Below, in pieces: positions 25,939 through 35,166 of a stretch of DNA of 64,000 bases. The DNA is from an uncultured bacterium (GTDB taxonomy: Bacteria > Vulcanimicrobiota > Xenobia > Xenobiales > Xenobiaceae). Under the pieces are notes generated by a model. That model saw nothing but the letters and a program-made list of their open reading frames with translations, was not told where the DNA came from and did no database searches. The DNA lies in the NCBI GenBank assembly GCA_934621605.1, contig CAKTUZ010000005.1, forward strand, positions 10,862 through 74,861, given 5' to 3'. The translations under genes were made by a program, and so were the position numbers. Within the stretch, counting starts at the first letter, position 1. Each line of letters opens with the position of its first letter.

Positions 25939-28059
25939 TTATTGGCTAAAATAAGGTCTCTGACCTAGTTCTAAAGTGAGCGTCTTTAATTTAGGACTTT
26001 TTATAAAGATGCGTGAGTTGTTGGCTGCCGTCTCCAAGTTGAGGCAGGCTGTGCCGCAACGGTCGGTTTGGCCTTTGTAGAGCACTTGCCCTTGTGCGTC
26101 TTCTACACTAAAAGGCGACAAAGGCAAAGCGTTGTGCCACTCGTCCTCAACCAACACTTTTAAAGCTAACTTCAACTTGGAAGCGATCTCCGGAGCAGCT
26201 TCTTCTATTGTCAGGGGCGAAGTTGTCTCTGTTGGCGCAACTTGTGGGGGATCGGGATATTCGGCTTCGCCCAATTCTATTAAGCCTTTGAGAGGCTGTT
26301 CCGGAATGGGAATTTCCAGGTCGTCTTCGTCGGGCTGGGCCTGAACAGGGGGCGGACTATTCACAGGTTGTCCGCTTGAGGGTACCAAGCTCTTGCGGCC
26401 CGAACTGGCGGCTACCAAAGTGCAAGCGGACAGTTGGGCTATAAGCTTATGTGGGGCGCCGCTCTCCAAGCGCATAGCAGCCGTACCTTTGGAAAATAGG
26501 CCGCAGGCGGAGAGGCTGCCCATTCCTGGAGAGCGCAGAGATTGTACCTCAAAGTCGGCCCGCCCGTTTTTAGTTATCACCTTGCAAGGGCAGCTCAGGC
26601 CCGATCCGTAAAGGTCGAGTACCGTACCGTCAGGCACTGGGTTACCTTTAGAGTTGAGAGCCAGAACAGAAGCTTGGCCTTTGTCGCGTCCGTCGCTTTT
26701 GAGCGTTTTGGGCAAGTCGATTTTGATAAGGCTGGGATAGGTGGTGCCGCGGCTGTCTTTGAGCACCAAAGCATCGCCGATAGGACGTTGATAGGTGCCT
26801 GCTTGGGGGCCGTTGCCCACAATATTGGGGCCGATAGCCATGCCCACCGAGCCGCCGCCATCGAGGTTTAAAGCTTCGGTCATGCCTTTTTTCTGCAAAT
26901 ACTTGGCTAAGACGGGCAGCTTCCAACCTTGACTGTGGCTGTCGCGGGAGCCGGATAAAGTGGCCAGCATCATTTTGTCTTTATTATAGGCAATAAGGCT
27001 GCGGCCGCAGGCTCGGGTAATATCGTTACCTTTGGGGCCTAATTCTTCGGCGTCGGCGGTAATATGAAGTTGACCATTTTTGAGCAGAGTGGGGCCGGCT
27101 CCTAGGGCCATGCGCAGAGGAGGGGTAGGCTGGCCGTTCAGGCGCACCACTTGGCCGTTTATGGCTTTAAGGCGTTCAATAAAAGGCTGCCCGTCTTTGG
27201 TAAAAGCGATTACGCTGCGGGCGGGGCGGCGGCCTACATGTGGTGAGATAAGCTGGCCGTCTTTTACCACTAAGCCGAGCAAGCCGCCATTGGGCATATT
27301 GAAGAATCCGCCGTTAATACCAGCAATGGCTCCTTCCTCTTGGGGTACGATTTTGCTAAGCACAGCCACAGTATGGGGATTGCTGTTGTTGGCCAAAGCC
27401 ACATCTACACTAATGTGAGGATCGGCGCGATCAAAAATAAGTTGGTTCCAGAGTAAAGTGCCGAAAGTCGGATCTTTAATAAGCTGGCGGCTCCAAGTAA
27501 TACCTGGAGATATTTTATAAGTTGAAGGCAGCGGCTTGGGGGTAGTGTCCATATCTACTACCAGGCGGTGTGGCTCTTTCAATTTAAAAAATGATACCTT
27601 ATCGGGCTGAATGGCGGCAGTAAAATTGATGGTAAAGCGGCTGCGGTTGAAATCGGGCCAGCTTATTTGCCAATTTTTGATAGCTTTACTTTTGGGAGCG
27701 CTTTCCGGTTTTGCCCTATTTTGACGGGTATTTATTAAGTCGATAGTGAGGCTTTGGCCTCGATTGCCAAAACTGTAATCAAAGACAGGCTCGGCGCACA
27801 TATTCAGCACTAAGCGTATTTTGGAGCCGGATACAGAATGGCGTATGGCTTCTAAACTGTTAAATTGGCCTGAATCGGAATTGAGCGGCTCCTCAACAAG
27901 GCTATCGGCGGCAGAGGGCGCAGTTGCAACAGCTGGACGTACTTTTACGCTCTCGGCTTTAGCGGCCGCTTGAGCATTTTCAAATATGGTCGGCAGCCAC
28001 AAGCTTAACCCCAGAGTAGCAGTCAAAATGAATAGATAAGAAAAACGATTGCTGTTCAT
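25939..28059 (-). CDS. Secreted phosphodiester glycosidase (DUF2233/NAGPA) family protein with N-terminal AMIN-like repeats
   Basis: Signal peptide; AMIN-like stretches KIRLVLNM...SLTIDL and RFTINF...HRLVVDMD; GINGGFF and LNLDGGGS motifs of the phosphodiester glycosidase family. Confidence 0.65.
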   Translation of the reverse strand: MNSNRFSYLFILTATLGLSLWLPTIFENAQAAAKAESVKVRPAVATAPSAADSLVEEPLNSDSGQFNSLEAIRHSVSGSKIRLVLNMCAEPVFDYSFGNRGQSLTIDLINTRQNRAKPESAPKSKAIKNWQISWPDFNRSRFTINFTAAIQPDKVSFFKLKEPHRLVVDMDTTPKPLPSTYKISPGITWSRQLIKDPTFGTLLWNQLIFDRADPHISVDVALANNSNPHTVAVLSKIVPQEEGAIAGINGGFFNMPNGGLLGLVVKDGQLISPHVGRRPARSVIAFTKDGQPFIERLKAINGQVVRLNGQPTPPLRMALGAGPTLLKNGQLHITADAEELGPKGNDITRACGRSLIAYNKDKMMLATLSGSRDSHSQGWKLPVLAKYLQKKGMTEALNLDGGGSVGMAIGPNIVGNGPQAGTYQRPIGDALVLKDSRGTTYPSLIKIDLPKTLKSDGRDKGQASVLALNSKGNPVPDGTVLDLYGSGLSCPCKVITKNGRADFEVQSLRSPGMGSLSACGLFSKGTAAMRLESGAPHKLIAQLSACTLVAASSGRKSLVPSSGQPVNSPPPVQAQPDEDDLEIPIPEQPLKGLIELGEAEYPDPPQVAPTETTSPLTIEEAAPEIASKLKLALKVLVEDEWHNALPLSPFSVEDAQGQVLYKGQTDRCGTACLNLETAANNSRIFIKSPKLKTLTLELGQRPYFSQ

Positions 28060-28141
28060 AATTTTGTATATTTAAGTCGCTAAAAAGAAAGAAAAGCCCC
28101 CTCAGCTTAAGCGAAGGAGGCTGAATCGGGAATTGAGACGG

Positions 28142-28831
28142 CTATTTGTTAAAGGTGTAAACATCTCCGGCAGCCATTACCTGCACTTTTTTACCGGTAT
28201 CTGCCTCTACTATGCGCTTAAACTCTTGCGGATCGGCTTGCACTACTGGGAATGTATTAAAGTGCATAGGGACAATTTCGCGAGGCTTAAGCATTTTGAC
28301 TGCTTCTGCAGCTTCTTCGATATCCATAGTGAAGGTACCGCCGATAGGTAAAAGGGCCAAATCTAAATCGTAACGTTTGCCAATTAGTTCCATGTCGCCG
28401 AAAAGTCCGGTGTCACCAGAGTGATAGATCGTTACACCCTCAATATTGAGTACGATACCTACAGAAGCACCGGCGTATTTGCCTTCAAAAGAAGAACTAT
28501 GCGTAGCCGGAACTAAACGCATCCATCCCCAGGGGAAAGTTAATTTGCCGCCCAAGGCACAGGAAAAAGTTTTTACTCCTTTAGCTGCTAAAAGGTTGGC
28601 CAATTCGAAGGGAGCTACTACAGTAGCGCCGTGTAATTTAGCCAAAGATTCTGCGTCGCCGCTGTGATCGCCGTGGCCGTGAGTCAGTAAAATATGGGAA
28701 AATATCAAGCCTTTGGGCAAGCTTTTGCCTTGCATATGAGGATTGCCCGTAATAAAAGGATCGATAATGATAGCTTGTTGGTCTTGAGTTTCTAAAGCAA
28801 AAGCGGAGTGACCGAAGTAATGAAGTTTCAT
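28142..28831 (-). CDS. Metallo-beta-lactamase-fold hydrolase (UPF0173-like)
   Basis: MKLHYFGHSAFALE...LLTHGHGDHSGD. ATG at 28829-28831 follows AAGGAGGAACAT. Confidence 0.8.
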   Translation of the reverse strand: MKLHYFGHSAFALETQDQQAIIIDPFITGNPHMQGKSLPKGLIFSHILLTHGHGDHSGDAESLAKLHGATVVAPFELANLLAAKGVKTFSCALGGKLTFPWGWMRLVPATHSSSFEGKYAGASVGIVLNIEGVTIYHSGDTGLFGDMELIGKRYDLDLALLPIGGTFTMDIEEAAEAVKMLKPREIVPMHFNTFPVVQADPQEFKRIVEADTGKKVQVMAAGDVYTFNK

Positions 28832-28885
28832 ATGTTCCTCCTTAATAACTTCGTTGCCAAAAAAATAATTGGCCAACAGAAAAGC

Positions 28886-29293
28886 TTAGCCTAGATGGGT
28901 GACTTTAAGAAAATTTTCCAAGCGCTTTTGTGAGCAGCTCTTTAAGTAATTGTCGAATTGACGTTTCTCTTTGGCTTTGCGTTCTAAAAGGAGCCTAAAC
29001 TCGCGGTAGGGAGCCGGACTAGACAGAGCGTCGGTCAATTTGGCAGCCAAAGCTTTGTCGGCCACAATCTTAATAAAACCTTGTAATTCGGCATAGCGGT
29101 CGGTGCCGGTCTTTTTGGGAATTTGCACAAAACGCTTGGCGTCGGCGGCCATATCGCGCTTAAATCTTTCAATGCCTTGCGGATCCTGTAAGCTGACTTT
29201 GCGTACAGTTTGCAATTTTATATCGGCAAACCATTGCACGCCGGGATCACTTTCATTTAAAGCTTCGATAAGTTTGGCATGATCTATAGCCAT
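28886..29293 (-). CDS. UPF0158-like hypothetical protein
   Basis: RFVQIP...YAELQGFI...APYREFRLLL pattern. AGGAGGG RBS. Confidence 0.45.
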   Translation of the reverse strand: MAIDHAKLIEALNESDPGVQWFADIKLQTVRKVSLQDPQGIERFKRDMAADAKRFVQIPKKTGTDRYAELQGFIKIVADKALAAKLTDALSSPAPYREFRLLLERKAKEKRQFDNYLKSCSQKRLENFLKVTHLG

Positions 29294-29387
29294 TTTTGCT
29301 TTTCCCTCCTAAAAAATGCGGTGCTGCCAATTTTTGCAAACACTCCACCTATTTCAATTGCTTAAGTTTAGCCGCTTTCCTTTTTTT

Positions 29388-29912
29388 TTAATCAGTCAGA
29401 CGGCGCAATAAGACGGAAGCAGAGGCGGCCATACCTTCGCCTTTGCCACAGAAGCCCATCTTTTCTGTAGTAGTGGCTTTTACACTGACAGCTTCATCGG
29501 AGATTCCCAAAGCAGCGGCTATATTGTGAGCCATTTGGGTAAAGTAAGGAGAAATCTTTGGCTTTTGGGCTACTAAAATGGCGTCAATATTGATAATCTC
29601 ATAGCCTGCTTTTTTTACCAAATCGGCTACGGCCGCAGCTAATTTTAAAGAATTAGCCCCTTTCCATTTCTCGTCACTGTCGGGAAAATGAACGCCTATA
29701 TCGGCCAATTTGGCAGCTCCCAAAAGAGCATCCATAACGGCATGTACCAAAACATCGGCATCGGAGTGGCCCAAAAGGCCAAGATGGTAAGGAATATTGA
29801 CGCCGCCGACAATTAAGGGGCGCCCTTCAGTAAGCTGATGCACATCAAAGCCTAAACCAGTACGAAATTGGGTCTGTTCTTTTATAAGTTTGATAATTTC
29901 TTGCTTGTCCAT
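29388..29912 (-). CDS. ispF: 2-C-methyl-D-erythritol 2,4-cyclodiphosphate synthase
   Basis: RTGLGFDVHQL...GHSDADVLVHAVMDALLGA signature. The ATG at 29912 (MDKQEI) gives the normal length of about 174 aa. Confidence 0.9.
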   Translation of the reverse strand: MDKQEIIKLIKEQTQFRTGLGFDVHQLTEGRPLIVGGVNIPYHLGLLGHSDADVLVHAVMDALLGAAKLADIGVHFPDSDEKWKGANSLKLAAAVADLVKKAGYEIINIDAILVAQKPKISPYFTQMAHNIAAALGISDEAVSVKATTTEKMGFCGKGEGMAASASVLLRRLTD

Positions 29913-30065
29913 AGAGCAGCCTTTCTGCAAAACTACCGCACTGAGGGCGGTACTGATTAGAACGAAAAAAAGAGACGCAGAGTCAAAAAAAATCGACACT
30001 CCGTCTCTATTCACCTTAATATATTTTCCTGCGGAGGAAAAATAAACTGAAAACCTTTATCTCAA

Positions 30066-30605
30066 TTAAGCGATGCGTACACCGTCAGTATTGTAAAAAC
30101 CTTGGCTGACAGTCGAGGGGCCGTTAAGGAAAATCTCGATACCGGAAACTGATTCCGTCTTGGTATCGTTTATAGATGCGGCGCTGTTTACTGAAGAAGA
30201 CTGTAAGTCAGAAGGTTGCTGTATATCATCGATAAGAGCAATGGTGCCCAAACTGGAAACGGCTAACTCTTTGACTTGACCTTGAGAACTGACTGTTGCC
30301 GAAGAAGCATCGGCAATTAAGAAGCCGTCAAATTCGCTGCTGGTTAAACCGTGTTTGGCAGAGGTAGCGGCGGAAGTGAAACTGTCAATTGCAGAGGGGG
30401 GTGAATCGACTTGTTCGGAGGCAAAAGTAACCGACTCCAGTGACTCGGAGTAAGTGAGAGCCGAGCCGATATTTACCTGATCGAGTTGCTGTTCGGGTTC
30501 GGGATTGACGGAGGGACGCTCGCGCTGAGCAGAAGCCGCTTGACCGTAGCTTAAAGCGCCCGTGGCACGGACGGTGTGCATTCCAGTCAAATTGATCTCG
30601 TTCAT
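30066..30605 (-). CDS. Ser/Thr-rich hypothetical protein
   Basis: GGAGGG RBS 8 nt upstream of the ATG. 179 aa, low complexity, no signal peptide or motif recognised. Confidence 0.45.
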   Translation of the reverse strand: MNEINLTGMHTVRATGALSYGQAASAQRERPSVNPEPEQQLDQVNIGSALTYSESLESVTFASEQVDSPPSAIDSFTSAATSAKHGLTSSEFDGFLIADASSATVSSQGQVKELAVSSLGTIALIDDIQQPSDLQSSSVNSAASINDTKTESVSGIEIFLNGPSTVSQGFYNTDGVRIA

Positions 30606-31001
30606 AATAATAACCCTCCAAAGGTTGAGCCCGATTCTTCGAGACTACAACCATAAAAAGCGCAGTCCTACTGCCAACTTAATTCTGTGCTTAAAAATAT
30701 CCGAAAATGTTCGGCCGACAAACCAAAAACGCTGCTCGGCCTTTCAAAACTTCAGCCCTGCCGGAAAATCCGCACTTAAAAAATACCTACTAAAATTTCT
30801 AAATGAGAACTTTTTGGGGCACAGCCACAAGGAAAATTCTGTTCTTTTTTGGTTCGCAAGGATATATTAAAAATAGGGACTCTTAAAGTCAACGAACATA
30901 ATGGGCCGTTTTGTTAAAATCTGGTAGGAAAGGCTGTAAAGGTTTTGCCGTTAAAAAAATAGAAAGTCGGCCTCGCGCTTGGTCGGGCGGCCTGGAGGAG
31001 T

Positions 31002-31029
31002 TTATCGGCTTTATCGGCTTAAATCGGCC
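31002..31029. repeat. Short tandem repeat TTATCGGCT x2 plus a degenerate third copy
   Basis: TTATCGGC occurs at 31002-31009 and 31011-31018, and AAATCGGC at 31021-28. The reverse complement is GCCGATAA. Confidence 0.6.
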
Positions 31030-31061
31030 AATTTTTTCGCATTCGGAGAAGACTTAAATTT

Positions 31062-31376
31062 ATGGAGATTACTACTAAAATCGTCCCTATATCTGAAGCC
31101 GGAGGCAATGACGTCACTCTGGTATTAAATGGGCGCTTCGGTAACAATTCCGCTTCCGAAGTAGAAAGCGCAGTTCAGGAAGTTATCGGCTCCTGTCGCA
31201 AACTTGTTTTCGATTTTGCGGGCGTCGATTATATTTCCAGCGCCGGTTTGCGCGTTTTACTTATGGCCAAAAAAAAGTTGGGCTCGGCCGTTGAGGTAAG
31301 TGTAATTAACGCCAATGACGTTGTTAAAGAAATTTTTGATATTTCCGGCTTTTCCAAAATATTGCGAGTTCAATAG
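31062..31376 (+). CDS. STAS-domain anti-sigma-factor antagonist (SpoIIAA/RsbV-like)
   Basis: 104 aa. DYISSAGLRVLL contains the conserved phosphorylatable Ser. Confidence 0.8.
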   Translation: MEITTKIVPISEAGGNDVTLVLNGRFGNNSASEVESAVQEVIGSCRKLVFDFAGVDYISSAGLRVLLMAKKKLGSAVEVSVINANDVVKEIFDISGFSKILRVQ

Positions 31377-31408
31377 ATAAATAGTTTCCTTTTTTTAAAC
31401 TGAAAAAT

Positions 31409-33730
31409 ATGCGTACCGCTATCCGCAAAAAGCTCCTAATAGTAGTTTCTATAGCTGCTCTAATTGTTTCTTGGTTGGCTTTAGATTTAGTCGATCGCAA
31501 CTGTCGTTTGCATGTCAGCAAGTTGTTTAATGAGGCAGGCAAAGATACTGCCCGCGCTTTGGCTACTAGCGACAAACGGGCTTACGATACGCGTTCGAGT
31601 ATGATGCATACCGTTTTAACTTCTTTGGAAACTGTCACTGAAGTTGTCAATTCTTTTCCCGGTATAGAAAAAAATCATGCCGCCTTGGACGGATTGCGCA
31701 GTAGTTTGGGGATCAGTCGCATAGATATTATCGAGGCCACGCAGTGGAAAATTATAGTTAGTTCCGATAAACAATTGGACGGAGCGCCTGTGCAAGTGGA
31801 CAGGCCTGCGCCACTGCAGGATAGTAATCCGGATTTTAGCGCTTTTGTCAGCAGTATGGGTAGTTACCATCCTGTCGACTACGTTACTGACAGACATAAT
31901 CGCGATTTATTGCTTTTTTATAGTGAACTTAAACGCAAAGGGCGTGTCTTGCGTTTGGGGTTTAATGCTGTAAGTTTCAAAAATACCTACAATGTGGCCG
32001 AGCATGAGTTAGTGACGGGCAGTTTGCCTTTGGGGGAACATGGTGGTGTTGACGTGCTTTCGCAAAATGGAGTTATTGTCAACAGTATCAATAAAGAGTT
32101 TATCGGCACTCCTTTTGGCGAAGTTTACCCCGGTTTGGATTTTGACCGCTTCAAAGCTGGTCAGCTTATAAAAGTCAGCCGTCGCGGGACGGTCAGCTAT
32201 TGCACCTTTTACACTACTCAATACGGCTACATAATGGTGCCATTTATGCCTGCGGCTGAAGTTTACGCCACGCGTACGACTATCTTGAAAGTTATGCTGA
32301 CTGGTTTTCTGATCATTTTGGCCGCTATCTTTTTTAGCACTTCCCGCATTGTTAAAAAGGTAATTTTGGACGGTTTGGAGCGCATTAACGCTTCTTTGGC
32401 CAAAATCGAAGCTGGCGATTTGGAAGAAAAGGTCAACGAGAGGAGTTATCCTGAGTTCTGTGTGCTCAGCCAAGGTATAAATTCTACGGTAGAGGCTTTG
32501 AAACAGCTAATGGAGAGCCAGTCGGCCTATGACGCCGAGCAGATGAATTTGGCTCGCACCATTCAGCTCTCTTGTTTACCTAAATTTTTTCCCACTTATC
32601 CGGAACTTAAGCAACTCGATCTTTGTGCCCGCACTTCTCCAGCTCAGGAAGTGGGCGGCGATTTTTATGATTATTTCCGCATTAAAGACAACCTCTATTG
32701 CGTAATCATTGCTGACGTTTCCGAACATGGTATTCCGGCAGCTCTGATGATGATGACGGCCAAAACCGCTTTGCACGATGCTATTTTGTCCGGCGACACA
32801 CTGGAGCACTGTATGGAAAGTGTCAATTTTTCGCTATGTGAAAATAACAGTACCGGTATGTTTGTCACCGCTTTTGCCGCCACAGTTAATACCGAGACGG
32901 GTGAATTCCGTTTTGTTAATGCTGGCCACTGTCGTCCGCTTTTGCGCCGTCGTGACGGTATTTGGCATTCGGTAAAAATCGGTTCCGGCATGGTCTTGGG
33001 CGGTATTGATAATTTGAGCTACAGTGCCGAAAGTTGGTTCTTGAAAGAAGGCGACCGTGTCTTTTTATATACTGACGGCGTTACTGAAGCTATTGACGAA
33101 AAAGGCGATATGTTTGGCTTGGGCGGTTTGGAAGTGGTACTCAATCGCCAGACTTGCGACGATTATGATCCCGCTTCTTTAATAAATTTAGTGCATGATG
33201 AGCTGGACAAATTCGCCCAAAATTCCACTTTGGAAGATGACGTTACTATGGTGGCCTTGGAATATTATGGCGATCATTCTCGGGCCAAATTTATGCGAGT
33301 ACCGGCCGTAAGCGAAAAATTGGACGAAATACTCAATTTTATCGGTAATTTGCTGGACGGCGCCGAAGTTGATCCTGATGTTTTGAAGCAAGTTAAAAGT
33401 TCTATGGCTACTGCCGCCGATGATATCTTTACGAATATTGTGAATTATGCTGGCCAAGGTCGCCAAGAGACTGTGACCGTTACAGTGCGGGCGGAAATTC
33501 AAGCCTATCCTTATCAATTGGTGGTTCACTTTATAGATAACGGCCATCCTTACGATCCCACTGCTGTTTCCGATCCCAATGTCAACTTGGATTTCCAAGA
33601 GCGTTGCTGTGGCGGTTTGGGTATATTCTTAGTAAAAAAACTGACTGATCAAATGACTTATCGCTATACGGAGGGGTGTAATATTCTTCGCTTGGCGAAA
33701 AAATTAGAAAAAGCGGAAGAGAAAAATTAG
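31409..33730 (+). CDS. Membrane sensor - HAMP - PP2C (SpoIIE) phosphatase - RsbW-like HATPase kinase fusion
   Basis: Two TM segments flank an extracytoplasmic domain. HAMP region (INASLAKIEAGDLEEKV). PP2C motifs GGDFYDY, IADVSEHGIPAAL and LYTDGVTEA. C-terminal GHKL-type module (FIDNGHPYDP...GGLGIFLVKKLTD). Confidence 0.75.
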   Translation: MRTAIRKKLLIVVSIAALIVSWLALDLVDRNCRLHVSKLFNEAGKDTARALATSDKRAYDTRSSMMHTVLTSLETVTEVVNSFPGIEKNHAALDGLRSSLGISRIDIIEATQWKIIVSSDKQLDGAPVQVDRPAPLQDSNPDFSAFVSSMGSYHPVDYVTDRHNRDLLLFYSELKRKGRVLRLGFNAVSFKNTYNVAEHELVTGSLPLGEHGGVDVLSQNGVIVNSINKEFIGTPFGEVYPGLDFDRFKAGQLIKVSRRGTVSYCTFYTTQYGYIMVPFMPAAEVYATRTTILKVMLTGFLIILAAIFFSTSRIVKKVILDGLERINASLAKIEAGDLEEKVNERSYPEFCVLSQGINSTVEALKQLMESQSAYDAEQMNLARTIQLSCLPKFFPTYPELKQLDLCARTSPAQEVGGDFYDYFRIKDNLYCVIIADVSEHGIPAALMMMTAKTALHDAILSGDTLEHCMESVNFSLCENNSTGMFVTAFAATVNTETGEFRFVNAGHCRPLLRRRDGIWHSVKIGSGMVLGGIDNLSYSAESWFLKEGDRVFLYTDGVTEAIDEKGDMFGLGGLEVVLNRQTCDDYDPASLINLVHDELDKFAQNSTLEDDVTMVALEYYGDHSRAKFMRVPAVSEKLDEILNFIGNLLDGAEVDPDVLKQVKSSMATAADDIFTNIVNYAGQGRQETVTVTVRAEIQAYPYQLVVHFIDNGHPYDPTAVSDPNVNLDFQERCCGGLGIFLVKKLTDQMTYRYTEGCNILRLAKKLEKAEEKN

Positions 33731-33748
33731 CCGCAATTTGTCAAAAGC

Positions 33749-35032
33749 ATGGCTTTAGAAGATAACTATAACGAAAATAACGTTTCTCCCTTGACGGCCG
33801 TTATGCTCACTGTGCTTATCGGAGGCTTGGTCTGGTTGGGAGCTTCTTTCTTTGATAATCTTACCGATTATGGTACTCAGCCCAAGCCGGATCCGGTAAA
33901 TTTGATGGCTTCAGGTAGTACCGAAGAAAATTTTTATAGTCCCGGACGAGCCAAAAGGAGAGCCAATTTCTTTTTGCGTCGTCAAGGTGACGAAACGGAG
34001 ATTTCCTCCGAAGAGAAGGCTCTTTTGGAGGAAGAAGATCGCGCTAAAGAGCGAGATAGAGAAGATAGGGCAGAAGGTAGGTTAGAACAGCGAGGCGCTC
34101 TATCCGGCGACGAGTTGGTAAAGTCTGTTCAGCCTTCCGAAACAATTTCCGGTTGGGGGGAGAGCAGCGGCAGTGTTTCGGCAGTAAGTCCGGTCGCTCC
34201 GGACGGTTTGAAACTTTCTGGCATTATGCTGGGCAGCGGCGCTGGTATTGCCGTTATCGATTACAATGGCACTTCTTATACCAAATCGGAAGGGCAAAAA
34301 GTAGGGCGTTACACTGTCGCCAAAATTATGTCTGATCGCGTGGTTGTGGAAGATGGCCTCAACAGTTTTACTTTGGGATTAAGTTCTTCTTCTTCCGACT
34401 CGGTCGCTTCGGTTGGGGGGAGAAGCTTAAAAAGCGGCCACCCCATTTTGCCAGATCCTGGGCTTGTTCCGCCTCCGCCTGCTCCTGGTGTAACGGCTAA
34501 GACCTCTTTTAAAAGCGACAAGTTCGGTGCGGCGGTACGGCAAGATTACGGCGATGATGATTCGGAAATCGGCCTCTCAAGCTCTTCTTCAGCTCCGGTG
34601 CCCAGTAAAATTGATGTTTACGATTTAACCCAAGAGCGTCGGGCCGAAGAAGAGAAAAAAAACGAAAGCTTGTATTCCTCCAAGAGTTCGGCTCAAGCCA
34701 AGGTAAAATTACCTAAGGCTGACCCTACGCCTGTGCGTCCCACTCGCGAAGAAATTGAAAAGTACCTACAGCGTGGCGCAGCTATCATTTCCGAAATTAA
34801 AGTGCAACCCGATTCTAGCGGTCTGGGCGTTAAAGTTAAATTTGTGCAAGAAGATAATGTCTTGCATCGCTTGGGCATAAAAGATGGCGACGTTATTACC
34901 AGAGTAAATAACAAAACTATCTTAAATAGTGAAGAATTGTTTAATTCTGTGCTCAATATTAGTGAAATGCCTTTTGTTAATATCGAATACAAACGCCAAG
35001 GTCAAACTGGCACTTTAATTTATGATTTATAA
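33749..35032 (+). CDS. GspC-like type II secretion protein (TM - HR domain - PDZ)
   Basis: N-terminal TM. HR-like LKLSGIMLGSGAGIAVIDYNGTSYTKSEGQKVGRYTVAKIMSDRVVV. C-terminal PDZ-like LGIKDGDVITRVNNKTILNSEELFN. Confidence 0.55.
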   Translation: MALEDNYNENNVSPLTAVMLTVLIGGLVWLGASFFDNLTDYGTQPKPDPVNLMASGSTEENFYSPGRAKRRANFFLRRQGDETEISSEEKALLEEEDRAKERDREDRAEGRLEQRGALSGDELVKSVQPSETISGWGESSGSVSAVSPVAPDGLKLSGIMLGSGAGIAVIDYNGTSYTKSEGQKVGRYTVAKIMSDRVVVEDGLNSFTLGLSSSSSDSVASVGGRSLKSGHPILPDPGLVPPPPAPGVTAKTSFKSDKFGAAVRQDYGDDDSEIGLSSSSSAPVPSKIDVYDLTQERRAEEEKKNESLYSSKSSAQAKVKLPKADPTPVRPTREEIEKYLQRGAAIISEIKVQPDSSGLGVKVKFVQEDNVLHRLGIKDGDVITRVNNKTILNSEELFNSVLNISEMPFVNIEYKRQGQTGTLIYDL

Positions 35033-35166
35033 GTTCGGGCCGCGCCTTTAAGCGGTCGGCCTTGTGGCGAGGGCGCCTTCCAGTGTAGCTTCTCTTGGGG
35101 GCTGGGCTAAAATGGACGGGCTTTTTAGCAGGAGCCGCCCTTTGAAAGACAAATTACCTACGCCCT

